From contig JAZQAZ010000015.1 in the NCBI GenBank assembly GCA_045545475.1, forward strand, positions 32,001 through 96,000: DNA of 64,000 nucleotides, in the 5' to 3' direction. Both the position numbers and the translations under genes were made by a program. How positions within the stretch are numbered: the first letter of the stretch is position 1; each line of letters begins with the position of its first letter. This DNA comes from Clostridia bacterium. Lineage in GTDB: Bacteria; Bacillota; Clostridia; CAKSNL01; HGM11501. Shown piece by piece: positions 29,328-37,961 of the stretch. The notes below the pieces were generated by a model. That model had not been told where the DNA came from, searched no databases, and saw only the letters and a program-made list of their open reading frames with translations.

Positions 29328-29831
29328 TTACTCTTTTATATACTGATAGGCAATCCTGGGACTGCCGTCCTCTACATAAATTATACCGCAGCGCTTAAAG
29401 CCGTTTTTTTCGATTAAATACTGCATTTTTTTATTGTCATTGTGGGTGTCTATGCGAAGATTTGAAAAATCCTCCTTACAGAAATCGCACACCTTTTTCA
29501 TTATTCCCTTGCCGTTTTTACCTGCCCCCACACGGTGAATTGTTTTATAGGGTTCGTCAGAAAGCCATGCACCGTCCTCTATGTAAGCGTAGGTTTTATC
29601 CCTTCCTCCGATATAGGCAAAAACTCCGGTGATTTCGCCATCTTCATCCACAACGTAAAGCTGACCTTTTTCTATATCATCTGTTAAAAGTTCTCTTTTC
29701 GGGTAGCCGCCTGCCCACTGGGTTGGATTTCCCGACTCCCGCATAAAGTTCCTTGCAAACTCGTAAACGGAAAGAATCTCATCAAGCTCTTCCATTTTTG
29801 CTTTTCTTATCATTGTTCCACCTGCTTTCAA
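29328..29831 (-). CDS. GNAT-family N-acetyltransferase
   Basis: MIRKA, QWAGGYP, TIHRV, LRIDTHNDNKKMQ...GFKRCGII; true start is probably the second Met. Confidence 0.85.
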   Translation of the reverse strand: MKAGGTMIRKAKMEELDEILSVYEFARNFMRESGNPTQWAGGYPKRELLTDDIEKGQLYVVDEDGEITGVFAYIGGRDKTYAYIEDGAWLSDEPYKTIHRVGAGKNGKGIMKKVCDFCKEDFSNLRIDTHNDNKKMQYLIEKNGFKRCGIIYVEDGSPRIAYQYIKE

Positions 29832-29941
29832 TACACCGACAGTATAACATTATCAAATGTCTTTTGCAAGACAAAAACGAAAAATTCTTTGTCTTTATTT
29901 TGTCAAAAGAGTAAAATTTAACGGAGTATTTATGCACTCCG

Positions 29942-31450
29942 TTAAAACATCATATTTTTAATATATTCTTCTGTGAAAAAACTACTTTCGGCAAGGGAAA
30001 TTGTCACTGCTTTTTTTGAAATTTCATTGGCTTTTTCAAGCATCTCCTCACTTAAAAGAAGCATTGCCGCCCCCATAACGGCACCATTTCCTATGCACTT
30101 TGTTTTTTCCTTTATTCCTTTCGGGAAGAGACCTATCGTTTCAGCCGAATAAAGGTTAAGCGTTTTTCCGAAACCTCCACAAATAACTACACTGCCGATT
30201 TCCAAAGTCTTCACATTTTCAAAATGCAAAAGCGTTTCTATCCCTGAAAAAACGGCACTTTTGGCAAGTTGTATCTGCCTTATATCCTCGGGCGTAATGA
30301 AAACATCTTCGCATATATCAAAAACCTTTTCCATATAGCCGGTTTTATCAACAGTTCCTTTTTTTATAAGACTTGCTACAGCATCTATAATTCCGCTTCC
30401 GCAGATTCCTGCAGGACTTTCATCTCCTATTACATGAAAATCAATTTTTCCGTTTTCAAGCCATACCTTGTCAACAGCACCTTTTCCGCCCTGCACTCCG
30501 CACTTTATTCCCACTCCTTCAAATGCCGGACCTGCCGCAGTTGAACAAACGGTAAGCCTTCCGTCCTTACAAAGCGCCATTTCTCCGTTTGTGCCTATAT
30601 CTGCTAAAAGATGTATCCCTTCTTTATCCGTTATTTCAGACGCTAAGAGTGCACATACCATATCTGCCCCTACAAAGGCCGATATACACGGCGGAATGTA
30701 AATTTCAGCATCTCCCCTTAAGGCGGAGATCCCCACCTCATATGCCGTAAGTATATTTCCGAAAAGCCGCTTTGTGGTAAAAGGGGCACAAGATAGCGGT
30801 GTTGTATCGGTATTGGTGAGCAGATGAAGCATTACCGTATTTCCGGTTATTACCGCCCTGTCAATATATCCCGGATTGATTTCAGCATGCTTTGCCATAT
30901 CAAGTATCAGGCTTGTTATATCCTCTCTCACAAGAGCAGAAAGAATCTTTCCCTTTCCTGAAAGCTGTGCTTCAATTCTGCTTACCACATCATAGCCAAA
31001 CCTTTTCTGGGAGTTTAATCGGCTGCTTTCTGAAAGCAAAGCTCCCTTTGAATCATAGAGTCTTGCACAAACGGTGGTGGTTCCTATGTCAATTGCTACG
31101 CCATAACGTGAAAAAACAGGATTAATGGTTATTGCCGGCAAAATTCCGTCTGATATTATTACATTTTCCGAAATGCCTTCAAAAATGCGTATCTCTCCGT
31201 CTCCAAAAGCTTTAAGACAACAGGCAAGACGAATTCCTTTTTCAAGCTCACTTTTCGTAAGCAGACTTAATTCATCCGCCGTTGGAGGATTAAAACATCC
31301 TTTGGCATACACTTTACATTTACCACACTTTCCGTGACCGCCACAGGGCATTGAAGATTTTTTTGTATTTTTCAAAATTTCTTTTACATTAAGGTTTTCT
31401 TCAAACTCAAAAGTGACATCTTCTATTTTGAGAATCGGCAAAGCACACAC
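29942..31450 (-). CDS. ASKHA-family reductive activator of corrinoid proteins (RACo/DUF4445) with N-terminal [2Fe-2S] domain
   Basis: CGGHGKCGKC...RLAC, AIDIGTTT, GYDVVSRI, GNTVM, FVGAD, DIGTNGEM, STAAGPAFEG, GICGSG, DIRQIQLAK. Confidence 0.9.
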   Translation of the reverse strand: MCALPILKIEDVTFEFEENLNVKEILKNTKKSSMPCGGHGKCGKCKVYAKGCFNPPTADELSLLTKSELEKGIRLACCLKAFGDGEIRIFEGISENVIISDGILPAITINPVFSRYGVAIDIGTTTVCARLYDSKGALLSESSRLNSQKRFGYDVVSRIEAQLSGKGKILSALVREDITSLILDMAKHAEINPGYIDRAVITGNTVMLHLLTNTDTTPLSCAPFTTKRLFGNILTAYEVGISALRGDAEIYIPPCISAFVGADMVCALLASEITDKEGIHLLADIGTNGEMALCKDGRLTVCSTAAGPAFEGVGIKCGVQGGKGAVDKVWLENGKIDFHVIGDESPAGICGSGIIDAVASLIKKGTVDKTGYMEKVFDICEDVFITPEDIRQIQLAKSAVFSGIETLLHFENVKTLEIGSVVICGGFGKTLNLYSAETIGLFPKGIKEKTKCIGNGAVMGAAMLLLSEEMLEKANEISKKAVTISLAESSFFTEEYIKNMMF

Positions 31451-31492
31451 CTCCTTTCTAATATTTTAACATACAATCTCTTTTTAGTAAAC

Positions 31493-31524
31493 AAAAAGTT
31501 GCCACGCATCTTCGTGGCAACTTT
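31493..31524 (-). terminator. Intrinsic terminator after module 3
   Basis: AAAGTTGCCACG / CGTGGCAACTTT perfect stem. Confidence 0.8.
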
Positions 31525-31527
31525 AAG

Positions 31528-34035
31528 TCATTCTGCTATTTTGCTTTCAATTGTAATTTCCCTTGTTTCACCGTTCCATGAAACGTTATAGCCAAGATGT
31601 TCAGATACGAATCTTAAGGGAATGAAGGTTCTTCCGTCCTTAATTCTCGGATACTGCGGAAGGGTGTATCTTACCGTTCCGTACTTGGTGCCTTCAATGG
31701 TTACGAGGTTGTTCCATATCTGGATATGGATAACCTTACCGTCCTTTTTAATTGTAACTTTCTGCTCTTCACCTTCCCATAAAACTTCAGCTCCCATTTC
31801 CTCCAAGAGTCCTCTTAAAGGAATCATTGTGCTTCCGCTTACGATGTATGGTGCAACGTCGGTTGTAACCGTTTTTTCACTGCCGTTTTTCTTAACGTAA
31901 ATTTCATTTTTGTCAACGGTTAATACGTATTTTTCCTGAGCTTTTAAAAGTCTTTCTTCTTTGTCTTTTCTGGTTTCGTAAATTTCAAGCTCTGCGCACG
32001 CCGCCTTATTTGAATAGCCCTCTAAAATTTCAAAACGAAGGAATCTTGCCGTAACTGCCTCATCAAATACAATAAGCTTTACGTTTGCCGAGCGGGCATT
32101 TGAAAGATTTTCCTTTACAAGTGTGTAGTTTTCGCCATCCAATGACGCATAGATATTATATTTCTCCCAGGTTCCGTGCCAGTCGGAGGAGCCACGGGGC
32201 GTCATATTGATTCTTGAAATCTTTATTTCGTTCATCAGACTTAAATCAACGATGAAGGGTGCGCTTTCGTGGGATGCACTCTGCCAGAAACGGCTTGTTC
32301 CGTCAATCATAAGCTGAGGATGATTGTCAACCCAGGATTCAACGTTTGCAGAAATTCCGGCTACGGAAAGGTCTACCTTTACAAGTCCGTTTTCCTTTGA
32401 ATAAGCCGGATAGTCCGAAGGCTTTACCGTGTCATAGTCTGCTAATGGCGATATAAAGTCGATTTCCGCACAGGTTCCGTGCATTTTGGTATCAACAATA
32501 AGCTTTGCCTTTTTGATGTTTATGTTTGCGGAGAAAAATCTGTTCTTTCTGCCGTTTCCGATATCGAAGGTAAAGGTTTCAACAAGGGTGTATTCGCCAT
32601 CATCGGTGTCGGATACATAAAGCTCGCAGGAAAGCCAGTTTCCGCTGTTTCCCGAAGGTCTTGTAGTATAGGCAAAGCCCGATGCCGTAATCGCCTTATC
32701 CATCTTTATTTCGATTGTATAAGGTGGAGGATCGCTGGATGTTATGGTAGAGCCCGATGCGGTGTAATTTGTGTGCCAGAAGGTTGCCGTGTTATCGTCA
32801 AGCATTGCCTTGGGTGTGGTGAAGGATGCACAGCTTGTCGCCGTGATTGACCACGCCTTTTTACCCTTTACATAGCTTGTGTTAAGTTTTCCGTCAACCT
32901 CTGTCTCCTCGGGTGTTACGGTTTCTGTCTTATCTCCGCCGAGGACAGACTCAGCCGAGGGTTTATCTATATTTCCCTTAAGGATTTTAATTTCCGCTGC
33001 TGTGCCGTAATTTCCCTGGGCTTCTGTCACCTTTATCATAAGAGCCTTATATGTTCCCTTTTCGATTTTAAATGTCACTTCTTCTCTCGTTCTTAAAACG
33101 GTATCAAAATCCAGTGTCACAGTTGCAGAAAGTTTGTATTCTGCACCGTCTTTAGAAGTGTAAATTTCAGCCTTCTTCCAGATACCTGCAGAGGATTCGT
33201 CTTTTCTCGGAACATAGCTTATGCCGGAAACTTCTCTTTCATCGGGGAATACTATTGTAATTATATGAGGACACTCATCCTTACTTACAATCTGTCCGTT
33301 TTCAACGGTGTAGCTTGTGTGCCAATAGCTTTTTTCATTATTGTCAAATGCTCCCGATATTCCGCCCATTCCGTCGCTGGATGCCTTTATTTCCCAGCTC
33401 TTGGCGTCGGTATAGGATTCCGCTTTTCCTCCCGATGCAGAAGGAGTTGTGATATCCTCCTTTGCACTTTCAATCTTTGTTCCGTCAGACTCTATAGCTT
33501 TAGTTGTACTTGTAACTTCGCCTTTCAGGATTTTAATTTCTGCCGCTGTTCCGTAGTTGCCCTGAGCTTCCGTTACCTTGATTCTTATCGCCTTGTAATT
33601 GCCCTTTTTAATTGCGACCGTTGCCTCTGCTCTCGATGCAACAAGGTCAAATTCTGCAGTTGTGTTAAGGGTAAAGGTTGCACCGTCAACTGATGTGTAA
33701 ATTTCAGCCTTTTTCCATATACCTGCAGAGGATTCGTCTTTTCTGGGAAGATAGCTTATACCGGAAACCTCTCTCTCGTCGGGGAACACGATATCGATTA
33801 TGTGAGGACATTCTTCCCTTTTCACAATCTGTCCGTTTTCTACGGTGTAGCTTGTGTGCCAATAGCTCTTTTCGTTATTGTCAAAAGCTCCCGATATTCC
33901 GCCCATTCCGTCACTGGAGGCTTTTATTTCCCAGCTCTTTGCATCTGTGTATGCTTCAGACGCAGATACGGGAAGGCAGCATATAACGCTTATTATAAGA
34001 CTTAATGTTAAAGTAAGTGCAAATATTTTCTTCAT
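31528..34035 (-). CDS. Module 3 partner: secreted protein with 4 F5/8C (CBM32-like) domains + C-terminal stalk domain
   Basis: Start ATG 34035 (AAGGAGG RBS, MKKIFAL...); repeats AFDNNEKSYWHT..PRK; stalk domain DVAPYIVSGSTMIPLRG...RTFIPLRFVSEHLGY. Confidence 0.85.
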   Translation of the reverse strand: MKKIFALTLTLSLIISVICCLPVSASEAYTDAKSWEIKASSDGMGGISGAFDNNEKSYWHTSYTVENGQIVKREECPHIIDIVFPDEREVSGISYLPRKDESSAGIWKKAEIYTSVDGATFTLNTTAEFDLVASRAEATVAIKKGNYKAIRIKVTEAQGNYGTAAEIKILKGEVTSTTKAIESDGTKIESAKEDITTPSASGGKAESYTDAKSWEIKASSDGMGGISGAFDNNEKSYWHTSYTVENGQIVSKDECPHIITIVFPDEREVSGISYVPRKDESSAGIWKKAEIYTSKDGAEYKLSATVTLDFDTVLRTREEVTFKIEKGTYKALMIKVTEAQGNYGTAAEIKILKGNIDKPSAESVLGGDKTETVTPEETEVDGKLNTSYVKGKKAWSITATSCASFTTPKAMLDDNTATFWHTNYTASGSTITSSDPPPYTIEIKMDKAITASGFAYTTRPSGNSGNWLSCELYVSDTDDGEYTLVETFTFDIGNGRKNRFFSANINIKKAKLIVDTKMHGTCAEIDFISPLADYDTVKPSDYPAYSKENGLVKVDLSVAGISANVESWVDNHPQLMIDGTSRFWQSASHESAPFIVDLSLMNEIKISRINMTPRGSSDWHGTWEKYNIYASLDGENYTLVKENLSNARSANVKLIVFDEAVTARFLRFEILEGYSNKAACAELEIYETRKDKEERLLKAQEKYVLTVDKNEIYVKKNGSEKTVTTDVAPYIVSGSTMIPLRGLLEEMGAEVLWEGEEQKVTIKKDGKVIHIQIWNNLVTIEGTKYGTVRYTLPQYPRIKDGRTFIPLRFVSEHLGYNVSWNGETREITIESKIAE
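32981..33952. repeat. Recent intragenic tandem duplication of about 430 bp
   Basis: About 32981-33415 vs 33527-33952; both encode YTDAKSWEIKASSDGMGGISGAFDNNEKSYWHTSYTVENGQIV...TAAEIKILKG. Confidence 0.9.
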
Positions 34036-34048
34036 GTGCCGTCCCTCC

Positions 34049-36820
34049 TTAATCAAGTAATGCCGCAGCAGAAAGTGCTGCATTTTTATCTATTTCATGG
34101 CTCGATACAGCATAAATTCCGTTACCGAGACTTTCCGCCTTCCATCCGAATACATCGGCAAAATATGTATATGGCAGGTAAATTATTCCGTCAATATTTT
34201 TACATACTGCAGAAAGATAATTTGCCTTTCCGTTTACTCTTACTTCAGCTGAACCTATAACATTGCATGACCAGATATAATCTTCAATCTGTGCACGAAT
34301 TGATTTGTTACCTCTGTAGTCTGCCAGAGGTTCATCTGAAAGTCCCAAGTTAAAGTTCTTTACAAAAACCATATTAAGGTCGGAATAATACTCAACCTTA
34401 GTTTCACCATATCCCAAGATTTCCTCTGCCGCAAAGAGGGGTACATATAAAACGCCGTTTTCTTCAAAAGAATTTACCCTTATATCTGACTCGTTTACAT
34501 ACATTTCTCCGCCGTTTACATTCATTTTCGCACTTCCCGCCCTAAATACCGAAGTATCTGAAAGTGCCTTTCTGGTTGTTTCATCAAGGGAAACTTCTTC
34601 AATTTCTGTATAGAGATAATTAAAACGTCCGAGAGGTGCAACACTGCCGAATTCGTATAATCTTAAAATATCTCCGTTTTCTTCTGCTCCGTCTGCCCAC
34701 TTAAATTCAAAATCGGAAACGGTTTCTCCAAGGAGCCAGATGGGTATAGAAACCATAAATGTGTTTTCCTTCATGCTAGTGGGGCAATCAGCAACCTTTG
34801 CCCATGCACCGTTATAGCCTGCGGCAGAAAGCTCGCCAAATCCCGATACGTTAAATGAGAAGTCATAGCCTTCCCAGCCTGTCGCTCTGTTTCTGTCAAC
34901 ATCTATATAAAGATGCATGAAAGAGTCGCCTTTTTTGATAGGCTCTTCTGTTTCTACAAGGAAGTAATAGTTTGCATCGTCACGTGCAACCTTTGCTCCC
35001 GTAATGTAGTTTGAAAGCTTTGTGACATAACGATAGTTTTCTCCCGTTTCGGGATTTACGTAGCCGTAATCGTCACGCTCATAAGCTCCTCCTACATTCA
35101 GGTAGTGCGGAGTAACATCTGCCCACTGTTCGCTACCCATATTTATGTCAATGGTCTTTTTCGCTGATGCGACAGGTGCTTTTCTTACGCCCTTATACTT
35201 TCTTATAAAGTCTGTCATCATCATATAATAGTCATCACGAAGACTTCCTCGTGAAGGCTCCATATCACGGCTCTTTTCTTCGCTGTAAGTATCAACAAAT
35301 GCGTTCTCAAATCCCGAATAACCGTTATGACGGCCGTTCTGCCATTCATTCCATCCGTCAATTAATACAATCGCCGGATCAACCGAGAGTGCACGGGAAA
35401 TCTGTTCGCGGAAGAAATAGCCGATGTTTTTAGCTTCAGGTCTAAAGTCATCACCAAACGCTTCGGAATACCCTCTGCCCTTAGTGTAGGGATCAGAAAA
35501 TACGCCGTTATCGTCATATTCATATTCGTAGGAGTGGTTGATTGCAGTACCTACCGGCACGCACTCAACTCTGCCGTCAGCTGTTACGCCCCACTTGGTC
35601 TGAGGATAGTTCTGAAGCCAGTTCCAGGCCCCTGTGGGTTCACTGTCGCCTGCACCTCTGTAGCCGTTACAGCGGAAGGTGAACTTATCTATGATATCTT
35701 CCATAATATCGTTTCTTGAAAAGTCTTCTCCGGGCTTGAAGCTGCTTTCCGGCGAAGGTGTCATAAGCAGGTACTTACCATCAAGCTGATACCATATATC
35801 GGCATAAGCTTCTTCTCTTATTATGCTTAAGTAAACCGCCTGACAGAATCTTTCTCCTCCGCCCCAGGGACCGAGAGCCGAAAGTTCCGGAATGTCAACG
35901 CCGTCCTTCTTGGCATCCAAAAATGCTTCAAGAAGAACTTCCATTGAATTCCAGAAAACAACCTGTCCGTTGGACCAGTCAAAAAGAAGAAAGTCAACTC
36001 CTGCTGCCGAAAGCATTTCTGCATGACGGCGGTAAACCCAATAATCTCTTGAATGGTAGTAGCCAAAAAGGGGCTCGCCCCAGTAATATGCCCCTGATAT
36101 ACCTTTGGATTCGGGCCAGGCGGGATGGTCATAGTCATCCTTTGCATCGGGGTACTTTTCAATAAGCTTTTCCTGAAGAGTTACAACGCTTTTGGGCACT
36201 CCGTTAAGCCCGAAATTAACCCAGTAGAAAATACCCACATCGTGAAGTCCTTCCTTCACGGGACCTGCTTCTTCATAGCCTGCCAGTTTTCTGCCCAAAG
36301 CATCGGTTCCAACCCAGGTATCGGAAAAATCGTCAATGATGGCTGAATCAGGAACAACAGGAACACTCGGTGCTTCTTCCTTGGAGAGAATAACGTCCTT
36401 TATGTAAATTTCCTGGTCGGAAATATAGGTAGTCTGAATATAAAGCTTTACCTTTCCGCTTACGGGATACAAAAGGTTTCCGGAATAAACCTTGTCCTTT
36501 GAATCCATATCGTGAACACTTATATAGCCCACACAGTCTCCCTCTAAGGGATCGCCGATTCTTATTCTGAATGTTTCTCCGTTTTCGCTTGAAACAATTT
36601 TGCAGTCGGCAACTAATGAGATAGACTTAACTCCTGTCATATCAACGTCATCCCATCCTATATAGGCACTGTTTTTAAGCCTTACACCGTTTTCAGTTTT
36701 TTCAGCGTTTGACTCAAAGTCTGCCTTGGTAACATCCAAATTCATATCGCCATCTTCAGCGAAACAGAATGTGGGTGCCATGATTACAAGGCACAAAAGA
36801 ATACACAAAGCTTTTTTCAT
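34049..36820 (-). CDS. Module 3 enzyme: CBM6-like + GH99/GH71-like + stalk-type domain, secreted
   Basis: YYWGEPLFGYY..YWVYRRHAEMLSAAGVD; GWNEW...SEEKSRDMEP; YIDVDRNRATGWEGYD. Confidence 0.7.
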   Translation of the reverse strand: MKKALCILLCLVIMAPTFCFAEDGDMNLDVTKADFESNAEKTENGVRLKNSAYIGWDDVDMTGVKSISLVADCKIVSSENGETFRIRIGDPLEGDCVGYISVHDMDSKDKVYSGNLLYPVSGKVKLYIQTTYISDQEIYIKDVILSKEEAPSVPVVPDSAIIDDFSDTWVGTDALGRKLAGYEEAGPVKEGLHDVGIFYWVNFGLNGVPKSVVTLQEKLIEKYPDAKDDYDHPAWPESKGISGAYYWGEPLFGYYHSRDYWVYRRHAEMLSAAGVDFLLFDWSNGQVVFWNSMEVLLEAFLDAKKDGVDIPELSALGPWGGGERFCQAVYLSIIREEAYADIWYQLDGKYLLMTPSPESSFKPGEDFSRNDIMEDIIDKFTFRCNGYRGAGDSEPTGAWNWLQNYPQTKWGVTADGRVECVPVGTAINHSYEYEYDDNGVFSDPYTKGRGYSEAFGDDFRPEAKNIGYFFREQISRALSVDPAIVLIDGWNEWQNGRHNGYSGFENAFVDTYSEEKSRDMEPSRGSLRDDYYMMMTDFIRKYKGVRKAPVASAKKTIDINMGSEQWADVTPHYLNVGGAYERDDYGYVNPETGENYRYVTKLSNYITGAKVARDDANYYFLVETEEPIKKGDSFMHLYIDVDRNRATGWEGYDFSFNVSGFGELSAAGYNGAWAKVADCPTSMKENTFMVSIPIWLLGETVSDFEFKWADGAEENGDILRLYEFGSVAPLGRFNYLYTEIEEVSLDETTRKALSDTSVFRAGSAKMNVNGGEMYVNESDIRVNSFEENGVLYVPLFAAEEILGYGETKVEYYSDLNMVFVKNFNLGLSDEPLADYRGNKSIRAQIEDYIWSCNVIGSAEVRVNGKANYLSAVCKNIDGIIYLPYTYFADVFGWKAESLGNGIYAVSSHEIDKNAALSAAALLD

Positions 36821-36860
36821 ATTTTACCCTTCCCTTCTTATTACTTATCAGCTTAAACTG

Positions 36861-36933
36861 ATTATAACACCACAAAAAATAAATTTATATATAAAATCGT
36901 ACATATTTAATGAAAAAATTATAAAATCGTACA
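36861..36933 (-). promoter_or_regulatory. Module 3 promoter: -10 TATAAT (36861-36866) + direct repeat TATAAAATCGTACA x2
   Basis: Exact 14-bp copies at 36890-36903 and 36920-36933 (30-bp period), between module 3 and the divergent AraC gene. Confidence 0.6.
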
Positions 36934-37038
36934 CTCGTGTTGTAATTTATATATTTTTCTGTATTTTATTATAATGCATTTTCTCACCCTTATCAATAGC
37001 TAAAATATCTCAAAACATGCACAAAATAATTTTAAACC

Positions 37039-37944
37039 TTGAAAAAAACGCAATTAGCATATATAATTATTCAGAAGGGAGTAATTTTTATGATTATGAA
37101 CGTAGCATACTCGAGCACAGATAAAGTTTCTGACATAGAAGATTTGTCACGTCCTCTCAAAATAAATTGCTGTGGACATTTCATTGTAGATTCCCGCCCC
37201 GGTATAACAACCGAGCATCCCGAAGGCAGACGTGACTATCAGCTTATATATATAGCATCCGGCAAAGGACATTTTTATTTTGACGGAATCGAGCACATTG
37301 TAACACAAGGGCATATGATTTTATTCAGACCTCACGAGCCCATGCAGTATTATTATTATCCGGAAGATAAAACCGACGTATATTGGGTGCATTTTACCGG
37401 AAAGGACGTCCCCTTGCTACTCAAACATTATGAGCTTCCCGAAAACGGAAACATATTCTACACCGGGGTTTCTCCCGATTATCAGTGGATATACCGCCAG
37501 CTGATACGTGAGCTTCAGCTTAAGCGAACAAATTATGAGGAAATGCTTTCTCTTTTACTAAATCATATATTCTTGGTTATAAACCGCTATATCAAAGAGA
37601 GTAACACCCCCGGAAGCGATATGGTAAACGAAATTGAGAGAGCAGTTTCCTATTTTACGGAAAACTACCAAAAAGATATAAGCATTGAAGCTTATGCAAC
37701 AGAACGAAGTATAAGCAAAAACTGGTTCATCCACAGTTTCAGGAGAATAATGAAAGTAACCCCCATGCAATACATTTTGTCACTTCGCATCTCTGCCGCA
37801 AAAGCTTACCTTGAAAGCACTGAAAAAAATATAACCGAAATAGCCTATGCCGTAGGCTATGATAACCCATTATACTTTTCAAGACTCTTTAAAAAATTCA
37901 CAGACCAATCTCCTTCAGAATACAGAAAACAAAGGCAGGATTAA
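37039..37944 (+). CDS. AraC-family regulator divergent from module 3
   Basis: GRRDYQLIYI; EIAYAVGYDNPLYFSRLFKK..SPSEYR; true start probably ATG 37090. Confidence 0.92.
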   Translation: MKKTQLAYIIIQKGVIFMIMNVAYSSTDKVSDIEDLSRPLKINCCGHFIVDSRPGITTEHPEGRRDYQLIYIASGKGHFYFDGIEHIVTQGHMILFRPHEPMQYYYYPEDKTDVYWVHFTGKDVPLLLKHYELPENGNIFYTGVSPDYQWIYRQLIRELQLKRTNYEEMLSLLLNHIFLVINRYIKESNTPGSDMVNEIERAVSYFTENYQKDISIEAYATERSISKNWFIHSFRRIMKVTPMQYILSLRISAAKAYLESTEKNITEIAYAVGYDNPLYFSRLFKKFTDQSPSEYRKQRQD

Positions 37945-37961
37945 CCTGCCTTTGTTTTTTT
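37926..37961. terminator. Bidirectional terminator between convergent genes
   Basis: AAAACAAAGGCAGG / CCTGCCTTTGTTTT. Confidence 0.8.

Noticed and set aside
19208-33952. Diversity-generating retroelement or CRISPR explanation for the repeats
   Set aside because: The repeats are in-frame ~430-bp domain duplications. There is no reverse transcriptase, cas gene or repeat-spacer array in the window.
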